Assembly: GCA_963751935.1 (NCBI GenBank)
Contig: CAVVWI010000006.1
Location: 530,153-594,152 of the forward strand
Length of the DNA: 64,000 nucleotides
Source of the DNA: an uncultured Acidobacteriota bacterium
GTDB taxonomy: Bacteria; Acidobacteriota; Terriglobia; Acidiferrales; UBA7541
Direction: 5' to 3'
A program made the translations under genes and the position numbers. Shown here one piece after another: positions 9,104 through 17,044 of this stretch. How positions within the stretch are numbered: the stretch's first letter is position 1; each line of letters begins with the position of its first letter. Under the pieces are notes generated by a model that searched no databases, was not told the DNA's origin, and was given only the letters and a program-made list of their open reading frames with translations.

Positions 9104-9265
9104 TTAGGACGGCTGCGCGACTCTCCGTCGTTCTTTCAAGAGAAACTCGTGAACCAAAAGCCTCAGCATCGCAGACTTGTTCTGACGCCTCTCATCGGCA
9201 ATCTTGCCGAGCTTCTTCATGTCCGTGGCATCCACGGTAAAAGTCGCTAGTTGATATCGAGCCAT
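9104..9265 (-). CDS. ribbon-helix-helix (CopG/Arc-like) protein, 53 aa, below the ORF-track cutoff
   Basis: Hand translation: MARYQLATFTVDATDMKKLGKIADERRQNKSAMLRLLVHEFLLKERRRVAQPS. Beta-strand plus two helices pattern. GAGGA RBS 8 nt upstream. Confidence 0.55.
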   Translation of the reverse strand: MARYQLATFTVDATDMKKLGKIADERRQNKSAMLRLLVHEFLLKERRRVAQPS

Positions 9266-9407
9266 TTTTGCATCCTCATAAAAGACGGACTTATCCTAAA
9301 TAGTCTGTAATAAATCCGTAACAGTTGAGTTCTGGAGGTAGGCGGGAACTTCTCTGCTACTCCAGTGTGATTTCCTCGACCGCTAGCCGAGGAGCAAAAG
9401 TTCGGTA

Positions 9408-9704
9408 CTAATCGCCACCCGAAGCTATTGTGTGAAGGCGAGCCAAAGCATGTTTGCACGCTTCGAGTTCCACGACCACTTTTTCATTTTGCTTTCTCGC
9501 CTCATCTCTAAGTTCAAGTAACGGAGACTTGATAGCCAGAATGGAGTCGAGAACTTTGTCTTGCGCCTCGTCTCCAGGGGATGCAAGCGATGGAGGTAAG
9601 GTTGACCGCCGAAGCCACTGCCACCAACGGCGTGCTTCGGATTCTGGTTCTAGTTCTGGTTCTCTCACAGTTACGCCAGATGTGCTCCTCTTTTTGTTTG
9701 CCAT
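9408..9704 (-). CDS. hypothetical protein (predicted coiled coil)
   Basis: 98-aa ORF in the leftward gene train. No recognisable motif. Confidence 0.5.
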   Translation of the reverse strand: MANKKRSTSGVTVREPELEPESEARRWWQWLRRSTLPPSLASPGDEAQDKVLDSILAIKSPLLELRDEARKQNEKVVVELEACKHALARLHTIASGGD

Positions 9705-9773
9705 TTTGCGTTCCTTATCTGTGCCGACTTCGCGGCGACATTCTTCGGTGCCGTGTTACTTTGCCTTCTTGGT

Positions 9774-9905
9774 TTAGCGCTGCAAATCTTCAATCGCGGC
9801 GTGTTGAGTCACCTGACCGATGCTCCAGTCTTTCTGTGCAGCGAAAGCCTTCAGATTTGAGTACAGCTCAGCTTCAATGCGTACGCTGAATGGTCGGGTC
9901 TTCAT
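9774..9905 (-). CDS. ribbon-helix-helix protein, 43 aa, below the ORF-track cutoff
   Basis: Hand translation: MKTRPFSVRIEAELYSNLKAFAAQKDWSIGQVTQHAAIEDLQR. The ATG overlaps the stop of the 271-aa gene (ATGA at 9902-9905). Confidence 0.5.
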   Translation of the reverse strand: MKTRPFSVRIEAELYSNLKAFAAQKDWSIGQVTQHAAIEDLQR

Positions 9906-10717
9906 GCTGCCTCCTCTAATCCGCTCTGATATGGGGCATCTAATTTTTGTTGCCGCTCATATCGTGGCAATCCCCATCTCTCATACCACTGTTGAATCAC
10001 AGACGTGCGCTGTTCTGGCGGAACCGCAGCGTGATAGTAGATTCCACGTTGTTGGCCGTGATGCAAGGTAATGGATTTGTCCCCAGTCAACTTCCGATAT
10101 GCCGCGATGCGTCGGAGTCGCGTGTTGGAGCCATCTTCAAACCTGCAACCCGAGAGCAGGCCGCTGGCTCGCAGCACAGAGCACATATAATCGTAGTCTT
10201 CGTCGCTGACATGCTCATGTCCGAAGCCTTTGGTGAACCCCAACATGCGATAGACGCGGTTATACTGAACGCTCTTACCCCAGAGCGATGTCGTGATGAC
10301 GCCCTTAAACTCGTCGTCGGGGTACCGAGCGTGAACGAAATCTCCCAGTGTTGGCGCGACCAATGCCAACAACTTGCCGATATTCCAGTACCATCCGATA
10401 GGTTGAGCAGCCACGCAGACCGACATATCCATGTAGGACCGAAGAGCGATGCCTCGGGATATCGCGTCGGATGCATCGGGACATAGAAACTTGTCGCGAG
10501 CCTCCATGCGTATCACAGGGCTGGTCAGCGCGATGACGCCGAGCAACGCGTCGCCCTGAACAATTGTGAATCCGATTTTGCGGCCAGGGGCGGGTCGCCA
10601 TACGGCGCGCGACATTTTCTTTTGATATCGAACCATGACGTTCATCGGAACCTGCACCACGCGAATCTTTTCAGGTTCAATCATCATCAGCGGCGTCTCG
10701 GTCGCGTAGTTCATCAC
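9902..10717 (-). CDS. uncharacterised 271-aa protein, tentative DUF4338 (DruA-like) / GNAT-like fold
   Basis: GRKIGFTIVQGDALLGVIALTSPVIRMEARDKFL and AAQPIGWYWNIGKLLALVAPTL resemble the DUF4338 core. This is by-eye and weak. GTG at 10717 or ATG at 10714 overlaps the ParB-like stop. Confidence 0.75.
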   Translation of the reverse strand: MMNYATETPLMMIEPEKIRVVQVPMNVMVRYQKKMSRAVWRPAPGRKIGFTIVQGDALLGVIALTSPVIRMEARDKFLCPDASDAISRGIALRSYMDMSVCVAAQPIGWYWNIGKLLALVAPTLGDFVHARYPDDEFKGVITTSLWGKSVQYNRVYRMLGFTKGFGHEHVSDEDYDYMCSVLRASGLLSGCRFEDGSNTRLRRIAAYRKLTGDKSITLHHGQQRGIYYHAAVPPEQRTSVIQQWYERWGLPRYERQQKLDAPYQSGLEEAA

Positions 10718-11550
10718 GCTGCCTTCTTGCCGTAACGCTTCGCGACGCTCTTCAATTTCCGAGCGTACTCATCTGCACGAGTACTTGCTTCCTCAAGGCG
10801 CGCGATGATGTGCGGAAAACTCTTTGCCGCTTCGTTCGTCCAGTCGGACTTCTTTATGGCGAGTAACTCATCCAATAGAGGATGATTGAGCAGCACACCA
10901 TCCACGCAACGCGCGATGCGAGCAAAGAAGTCAGGTTCGGAGTAGCGAACGCGGAGAGATTTTTTCTGCGACTTGAGAACCGCTCGCTTCGCTTCTGCCA
11001 TCGAAATAGTGCCAGTCTTTGCAGCGGCAGCCGTCTCGGGTGATTTCGCAGCAATCTTCTTGGCGTCTTGCACGTAGCGAGGACTGACATCACAGGCTCC
11101 TGCGGCTTTGTCGCGAGCCTGACCCTTGGAACCTTCAGGCAATTTTGCCTTAATGTCAGTTCTAGCCCCCTGCCGTTCCTTGGCTTCAACCGCGAAGAGT
11201 TTTTCTGCTTCGACTGCTACGAACGCGCGCTGCGTCGCAGTCAACTGCCTTCTGTGAAGATTCTGCGAGAGAACCCATGTCACAGGTGAGCCGAGTCTCT
11301 CGGCGTTGCGGGGTTGAAACTCAGGACGCACGCCCGCCAGTTTGCACGCGAGCAAACGATTCCGACCGTCGAGCACTTTGCCGTTGACGATGATGATGGG
11401 ATTTCGGAGACCGTTCGCTTTGATGTCGTGGGCGAGGGTTTGAAGTTCGTCATCAGGCATCAGCGGAAAAAGATTGGCGGCTGGATGCCAATTCTGAGGA
11501 TTGCAGTAGTCGATTGTGATTTCGCTCATTTGCTCGCTTGAGGTGCTCAT
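10714..11550 (-). CDS. ParB/Srx N-terminal (ParB-like nuclease) domain protein with HTH region
   Basis: LFPLMPDDELQTLAHDIKANGLRNPIIIVNGKVLDGRNRLLACKLAG is a ParBc motif. The downstream ...ARDKAAGACDVSPRYVQDAKKIA... is KorB/ParB-like HTH. The ATG at 11550 overlaps the xis stop (ATGA). Confidence 0.85.
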   Translation of the reverse strand: MSTSSEQMSEITIDYCNPQNWHPAANLFPLMPDDELQTLAHDIKANGLRNPIIIVNGKVLDGRNRLLACKLAGVRPEFQPRNAERLGSPVTWVLSQNLHRRQLTATQRAFVAVEAEKLFAVEAKERQGARTDIKAKLPEGSKGQARDKAAGACDVSPRYVQDAKKIAAKSPETAAAAKTGTISMAEAKRAVLKSQKKSLRVRYSEPDFFARIARCVDGVLLNHPLLDELLAIKKSDWTNEAAKSFPHIIARLEEASTRADEYARKLKSVAKRYGKKAA

Positions 11551-11840
11551 GCTGCCCTCCGCGTATAACGTCTCTTTGTCCGCCTTGAGGCGACGGGAAG
11601 ATTCAGTAACCAAGCCTCAACCTCGCGACGAATGAATCGGAGATATTTTCCGACTCGGCGACAAGGCAACGGGTTCTGTTGGTTCGTACGGAATCGCGTT
11701 TTTTCGTAAATGGAACTGGGCGAGACTTGAAGCAGGTCGGCGACCTCTTTCACCGTCAAAACGAGAGGTGTGGCTGGCGGTGTTGTCTCGGGCAGCGTTG
11801 CGGTTTTGGTTCGGTTTGTTGTTTTCATTTTGGTGTCCAT
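11547..11840 (-). CDS. excisionase-family DNA-binding protein (HTH_17/MerR-like)
   Basis: LTVKEVADLLQVSPSSIYEKT ... GKYLRFIRREVEAWL is typical of Xis/AlpA-type HTH. First gene of the leftward train, divergent from the int arm. Confidence 0.8.
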   Translation of the reverse strand: MDTKMKTTNRTKTATLPETTPPATPLVLTVKEVADLLQVSPSSIYEKTRFRTNQQNPLPCRRVGKYLRFIRREVEAWLLNLPVASRRTKRRYTRRAA

Positions 11841-11872
11841 TGGTTACGAAGTCGATTGTCCCAGCTTGGGAG

Positions 11873-11901
11873 TTGACATGACATAATTATTACTCTATAC
11901 T
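11873..11901 (+). promoter_or_regulatory. near-consensus sigma70-type promoter, probably giving a leaderless mRNA
   Basis: TTGACA (11873-11878), 17 nt, TATACT (11896-11901). The ATG of the 232-aa gene begins 8 nt after the -10 (11909) and there is no room for an SD. Confidence 0.5.
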
Positions 11902-11908
11902 TCTAGCC

Positions 11909-12607
11909 ATGACAGAGGTGAAACGGTTCAAGGAAGCGACATGGTGGCCCCGATATCTGGAGGCGAAGCCGCTTGAACTGTTTGTGAATCTGGAAGAATC
12001 GGCGAACGCGTTCACAGAAGCACATCGGGACTTCGAGAACGAAGAGAGACAGCCCGTGACGCCCGCCGAGTTCCGCAAGGCTTACCCTGATTTCGTGCCA
12101 GCTGGCTGGTGGGAATATCGCAGTGATGCCGATGCCGTTACCAGCCGCTTCGATGGCGATATCGCCCGCTTCGGTGCCGAGGTTGTTCGGGAGAGATGGG
12201 AGCCCACGCAATGGCAAACCACTCAGGCGAGCCTGCGGTCCGCTTGGGACAGAGGGTTCTCGCTGGAGCCGCGAGACCTGATTATCCTGGTGACGCTGGT
12301 CTTCGACCCACAGGAGCTTAATGAGGGGGACAGGCCTCTACTTGGAAGTATCCTGCAGATAGACCCAGAGAGCACTTACTACAAATCGTTGGTTTGGTTG
12401 AACAGTCAGCCGTGGCGGGCGGGAACGTGTCAACTCTGCAAGCGACGTTTTATCGCATCATGGCCTAGCAATGATGAATACTGCTCCCGACACTGTAAGA
12501 AGGTCGGGCTGAGGGAATACAAGCGAGAATACCGTAAAGCCCGAGCCAAGAAATACAACGCGAATCGCCGGAAGGCTCGGGCAAAGATGAAGCGAACGAA
12601 ATGCTAA
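11909..12607 (+). CDS. hypothetical protein with C-terminal Cys4 zinc ribbon and basic tail (candidate element regulator)
   Basis: 232 aa. CQLCKRRF...YCSRHCKK followed by REYKREYRKARAKKYNANRRKARAKMKRTKC. Same strand as int and upstream of it. Confidence 0.7.
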   Translation: MTEVKRFKEATWWPRYLEAKPLELFVNLEESANAFTEAHRDFENEERQPVTPAEFRKAYPDFVPAGWWEYRSDADAVTSRFDGDIARFGAEVVRERWEPTQWQTTQASLRSAWDRGFSLEPRDLIILVTLVFDPQELNEGDRPLLGSILQIDPESTYYKSLVWLNSQPWRAGTCQLCKRRFIASWPSNDEYCSRHCKKVGLREYKREYRKARAKKYNANRRKARAKMKRTKC

Positions 12608-12644
12608 TGGAAGTGGTGCAATAATAAACAAGGAGCCAGCCCCG

Positions 12645-13859
12645 ATGCAGAAGGAAAAACAGTACACAGTGCGACCGGGCGTCTACATCTACCTGCGCGG
12701 CAGCAAGTGGATGCTGCGCTATCGCATCCCTGTTGAAGATAAGGGCGTCCGCAAACTCAAGGACGTTTACAAAGTGCTGGCCTCACGTGAGGAATACAAT
12801 TCGCCTCGGTCAGTGGAGCATCTCGCGAAGCCTTACTTGGATTCCCTGCCGGACAAGATGACGACTGCGACCACGCAAACAGTCGCGAACTTCATCGAGC
12901 ACGTTTACTTTCCGCACGTCGAACAAGAGAACGTGTTGGCTCCGTCCACGACCTTCGGCTACAAGCACATCTTCTCTAAGCATCTGAAAGGTCGCCTCAG
13001 CGGAGTGAGACTTTGCGATTTCCGTACAGCAACGGGGCAGGTTTTGTTGAACCAAATCGCGTCGGAAACAAATCTCTCGCATACGTCTTTGAAACATCTC
13101 AAGTGGTTTCTCGTTGCCACATTAAAGTATGCGAAGCAGACCGACGCCCTACAGTGCGACGGAAACCCGATGGTGGATACGACGGTTCCCAAAGGCACAG
13201 CGACCGGAGACACGCACGCTTATTCGCTCGAAGAAATACAAGCCATGCTTGCGGCACTCGCCGACAAATCTGTGGCTTGCACGGTGATTGCGACCGCTGC
13301 TTTTACAGGTCTGCGGATGAGTGAACTGCGCGGCCTGCGATGGAAGGATTTCAACGGCGGCCAACTGAACATCAGCAACACGGTCTGGGGAACCCACGAG
13401 CGCGAGAAAACAAAAACCTCCTCTTCGAAAGCCCCCGTGCCAGTGCTCTCAGTTCTGGCGGATTTGTTGGAAAAGCATCGCAACGGATTCAGCGAGAACG
13501 CGTACATATTCCAAGGTGCGAAGATGGGACGCCCGCTCAACCTCAGCAATCTGGCGCGACGAGTGGTCGTTCCCAAGCTCCGTAAGGTTGGTGTAGAATG
13601 GCATGGTTGGCACGCGTTCCGACGCGGAGTCGCCACGAACCTGTACAACCTGAACGTGCCCGAGGGGGACATTCAGAGCATCATGCGCCATGCGGACATC
13701 GCGACAACACGGCGTCATTACATCAAACGGTTGCTCGTTCCTCGCCGCTCGAAGGATGCCCTTCGACGTTTGGAGCGAGCCTTCAAGCGGGCTCGCGTTC
13801 TGGGTACAAACGTGGGTACGCGAAGAAGCCAGAAAATGCAGAAAATCCGCATAAAATAA
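12645..13859 (+). CDS. tyrosine-type site-specific integrase
   Basis: 404 aa. FTGLRMSELRGLRW (Arg-I), HGWHAFRRGVATNL (HxxR), MRHADIATTRRHY (His...Tyr). AAGGAG RBS. Confidence 0.9.
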   Translation: MQKEKQYTVRPGVYIYLRGSKWMLRYRIPVEDKGVRKLKDVYKVLASREEYNSPRSVEHLAKPYLDSLPDKMTTATTQTVANFIEHVYFPHVEQENVLAPSTTFGYKHIFSKHLKGRLSGVRLCDFRTATGQVLLNQIASETNLSHTSLKHLKWFLVATLKYAKQTDALQCDGNPMVDTTVPKGTATGDTHAYSLEEIQAMLAALADKSVACTVIATAAFTGLRMSELRGLRWKDFNGGQLNISNTVWGTHEREKTKTSSSKAPVPVLSVLADLLEKHRNGFSENAYIFQGAKMGRPLNLSNLARRVVVPKLRKVGVEWHGWHAFRRGVATNLYNLNVPEGDIQSIMRHADIATTRRHYIKRLLVPRRSKDALRRLERAFKRARVLGTNVGTRRSQKMQKIRIK

Positions 13860-13865
13860 GTCTGC

Positions 13866-13942
13866 GGTGAGCGTAGCTCAGCTGGTAGAGCATCGGTCTG
13901 TGGCACCGAGGGTCGTGGGTTCAAATCCCATCGCTCACCCCA
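13866..13942 (+). tRNA. tRNA-His (anticodon GTG) with encoded G-1 and CCA
   Basis: Hand-folded cloverleaf. Acceptor GTGAGCG/CGCTCAC. D arm GCTC-AGCTGGTA-GAGC. Anticodon arm TCGGT-CTGTGGC-ACCGA. T arm GTGGG-TTCAAAT-CCCAT. Discriminator C opposite an extra 5' G (13866). CCA at 13940-13942. Confidence 0.9.
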
Positions 13943-13988
13943 ATTTCCCCTATTTCAACGTTATCCGAGTTTCTGTGAGAGTTTTCCG

Positions 13989-15560
13989 CTATTGATGTGT
14001 GGCGCGGTCGATGAAGCTCGCGATGTGGTTGTGCAAGTTGACGCGATCCTCGTCGTGCAGGTACATCATGTGGCCCGCGCTGTAGTAGTCGAGGGTGACG
14101 TTCTTCTGCAAGTCGGGCGGCAAGCCGAGGTGCGCCATGGTGAACTCCGTCGCGAAAAACGGCGTCGCGAAATCGTAGTAGCCGTTTTCGACCTGCACCA
14201 GCAGCTTGGGGTTCGTGATCATTGCCTGCGCGAGATCGTCGCCAACGTTCGGCGCGCCCGGGAAGAATCCGCCCCTTCCACTCGGACGGCGCGTCCACTT
14301 CCAGTTGGTGTCGCCAGCGGTGTTGTGATAGACGCGGTCCTTGCCGAATTTCAGCTCGTCGTGGTTGTACTCGTTGATGAGAGCGGTATACGCGCCGCCG
14401 ACGGCCGGCCCTTCGGGATCGCCCTGCGCGAACTCTTCGAGCAAATCATAGGTGTAGCCCGTGAAGCGCGCGTCGATGCGACCGGTGGTGAGGCCCGCGC
14501 TGCGCTGAAGTTCGGCCATGAACTGACCCAGTTTCACGCGCAGGTCGGCCTTCATTAAGTAATCCTCGCTCAGACCCGTGAAGTACGCGAGCTTCTCGGC
14601 AACGGCGGCCTTCTGGTCCGCAGGCAGCGCAGCGCCCCTAAAAAGAGCGGCGGCGTAATCGCCTTGCGCGTATTGGCGAGCTTCTTCAATGAACGTGGGC
14701 AGGTCAGCCGGGCGATCCTTCAATACCTTGTGGTACCAGGCGACGGCAGCGTAACTCGGCAGATAGAACATGTAACAGCGATCGTCGCCGGCGCCAAACG
14801 TGATCGTCGAGAGATCGAGCACCGACGAAATCAGGACGATGCCGTTCAGGTGGATCGTGAAGTGGTTCTGCAGGTAGTTGCCGAGCGCGGCCGAGCGAAA
14901 CGTCCCGTAGCTTTCGCCAATCAGGAATTTCGGCGAGTTCCAACGGTCGTTGCGGCTGAGGTAGGTGTCGATGAACTGGCCGAATGCGTCGATGTCCTCG
15001 TCGATGCCCCAGAAATCCTTGTTCTCCGCTTTGCAGACGGCGTGGCTGTAGCCGGTGCCCATCGCGTCGATGAAAACGAGGTCGGTCTTGTCGAGAAGGC
15101 TTTCGGTGTTGTCGACAAGCTTGTACGGAGCGGGAGGAGTAAATTCGCCGTCAGCCACGTGGACGCGACGCGGCCCGAACGCGCCCATGTGCAGCCACAT
15201 CGTGGCCGAGCCGGGGCCGCCGTTGTAGAGGAACGAGACGGGGCGCTGGCTGAGATCTTTCACGTCGCTGCGCGTGTACGCCACCGAATACATCAGGCCC
15301 GTGACGTCTCCCTTATCGTTCTTGAGCTGCGTGAAGCCGGCTGTGGCTCTGTAGGGAATGGTCTGCGCGCCGAGGTGAATCGTGTGGTCGGTCGCCGACG
15401 AATCTTCTTTCGTGGCGGCCGCGTCGCAGCCCTCGGCGGGCTTTGCTTCCGGCGATTTGGCATCGCGCTCGGGTCTCTCAGACTGTTGCGCGGAAACTCG
15501 CGCTGCCGTCCCGGCCTGCATCAGTAACACTGCGATAAAAAGACAGCAAAACTTTCTCAT
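13989..15560 (-). CDS. S10-family serine carboxypeptidase, secreted
   Basis: LYNGGPGSATMW and IGESYGT motifs. Start moved to MRKFCCLFIAVLL (signal peptide) at 15560. Confidence 0.85.
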   Translation of the reverse strand: MRKFCCLFIAVLLMQAGTAARVSAQQSERPERDAKSPEAKPAEGCDAAATKEDSSATDHTIHLGAQTIPYRATAGFTQLKNDKGDVTGLMYSVAYTRSDVKDLSQRPVSFLYNGGPGSATMWLHMGAFGPRRVHVADGEFTPPAPYKLVDNTESLLDKTDLVFIDAMGTGYSHAVCKAENKDFWGIDEDIDAFGQFIDTYLSRNDRWNSPKFLIGESYGTFRSAALGNYLQNHFTIHLNGIVLISSVLDLSTITFGAGDDRCYMFYLPSYAAVAWYHKVLKDRPADLPTFIEEARQYAQGDYAAALFRGAALPADQKAAVAEKLAYFTGLSEDYLMKADLRVKLGQFMAELQRSAGLTTGRIDARFTGYTYDLLEEFAQGDPEGPAVGGAYTALINEYNHDELKFGKDRVYHNTAGDTNWKWTRRPSGRGGFFPGAPNVGDDLAQAMITNPKLLVQVENGYYDFATPFFATEFTMAHLGLPPDLQKNVTLDYYSAGHMMYLHDEDRVNLHNHIASFIDRATHQ

Positions 15561-15747
15561 TGGCGTGCTTCCCCTCCCCACTATCGATACCTCTCGTTGC
15601 CCCGCGGGATTTTATGCGGTGAGTGAAGCAGAAGTCAAAAGAACTTCGCGCGCACGACGGCACGGGGCTGTCCTTCCAATCTCTCAGGAAGAAGGCAGGC
15701 TCGGTGGAAACCGACGCGATCGACGCGCCAGCCCGGCATGTAAATTA

Positions 15748-16830
15748 CTAGTGGCTAAATGAGAAGTTCAATCCCGTCGACAGGACGACGTCGTTGTCCT
15801 TCGTGCCCAGAATCGGCGGATTCGTGATGTAGCGGTCGCTGACCGTTATCTGCCAGCCGAGCCATTTCTTGATTTGCGTCACCCAGCCGGCGTCGAGCGA
15901 GAACCGGTACTCGCCCGTATCGGTCAGGTCCGGATAAAAATAGAAATGCTCATTGAGCGTCGAGGTGCTTCCGAATTTCTTCATAAAATTCTCGCCCACC
16001 GTAAGCCCGGCAAGATTCCGCTGCACGTTCGTGCTCGGGCCGCCCACTGTCGTCACGCCGCTGTACGTTTCCCGCGTGTAGTTCACGCCTCCTAGCACGT
16101 CCAAACTCGTGTTCGGATGATTGATCAGGTGCGCGCCGAGCCCGCCCGTGTAAATTTGCTGTATGTCGAGGGCTTGAAGCTGATTGTGCGCGAAATCGCC
16201 GCTCACGAACCCGAACAGCGTGTGATTGATATTTCTGTCGTAGCGAATGCCACCCGTAATTTCGTTTGCTGTGGTGGCTGAGACGGGCGTCCCGGTCGTC
16301 GAATAAATCGACGAGAAATACATCTTGGTTTCGTCCGAGTTGGTTTTTCGATCGGCATTGAAGGCGACGGCCAGGTTCGTGGTGTCGCTGTTGCCGCGAG
16401 CCAGAGCGAATCCCAGATTCGCGCCGCCCTTCCAGTCTTCGAACAAGCCGGGATGCAAGCTGTTTTCGTAGGCTTGCTGCTGATCGGGCGAGCGAATGAT
16501 CGCCACATTGGATAGAGGAACGGTCACGTTGCCGGCGTTCGCAGTGTGAACCGTGACGATTGAATCCTCAGCCGTCACCGTGCCGTTGACCGTGGCCTTG
16601 TCAGTTTTCACCACGTATAAGGGCTTCTCGGTGGTCGTTTCCTTCACCGCGGACCACTGCACTTTGATTTCTCCCGCGTAGTCCGTCTTGAGCGTGATTT
16701 CCTTTGCATCCGAGCTCTCAATCGTGCCGGTAAGATGGTCGCCATTCTTGAGCACGAGCGTGTCGGCAAAAGTTCCGTATGCCAGCGCTGCAAAGATGAA
16801 GCTAGCCGCAAGAAAGCGTGCAATGCGCAT
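15748..16830 (-). CDS. DUF481-family outer-membrane beta-barrel protein
   Basis: Signal peptide, LVLKNGDHLTGTI N-terminal repeat, GGANLGFALARGNSDTTNL and alternating beta-strand pattern. Confidence 0.8.
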   Translation of the reverse strand: MRIARFLAASFIFAALAYGTFADTLVLKNGDHLTGTIESSDAKEITLKTDYAGEIKVQWSAVKETTTEKPLYVVKTDKATVNGTVTAEDSIVTVHTANAGNVTVPLSNVAIIRSPDQQQAYENSLHPGLFEDWKGGANLGFALARGNSDTTNLAVAFNADRKTNSDETKMYFSSIYSTTGTPVSATTANEITGGIRYDRNINHTLFGFVSGDFAHNQLQALDIQQIYTGGLGAHLINHPNTSLDVLGGVNYTRETYSGVTTVGGPSTNVQRNLAGLTVGENFMKKFGSTSTLNEHFYFYPDLTDTGEYRFSLDAGWVTQIKKWLGWQITVSDRYITNPPILGTKDNDVVLSTGLNFSFSH

Positions 16831-17044
16831 GATTCTCCTCGTTAATGTGATTGGAATTGGTCATGGTCTACCGGGCAGGCCCGTTCGAGTGTAGCAGTGT
16901 TTCTTTTTTGCTGAAAGGATCGCATCGATCGGGCCGCGAATCAGCGCCCGCCACCAGAAGCTCTTCGCGAGAAAGCGGCAACTTCTCGCGAGAAAGTTGT
17001 TCGCGGCGCTCGATTTTACCCGCGCGCGCCATTACGATATCCCT

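Larger units (their letters stand above)
6480..13865. mobile_element. integrative, probably self-replicating element (int, xis, ParB-like, PrimPol-helicase, iterons) next to tRNA-His
   Basis: Gene content, lower GC by eye, integrase ending 6 nt before the tRNA, iteron field at the opposite end. Boundaries are approximate and no att repeats were found by eye. Confidence 0.6.

Noticed and set aside
14664-15527. 287-aa ORF antisense to the S10 peptidase, plus similar long antisense ORFs at 22220-23098, 24718-25398, 28403-29455, 31974-33002 and 46151-47062
   Set aside because: All are Arg/Val/His-rich shadows of genes with clear family motifs on the other strand.
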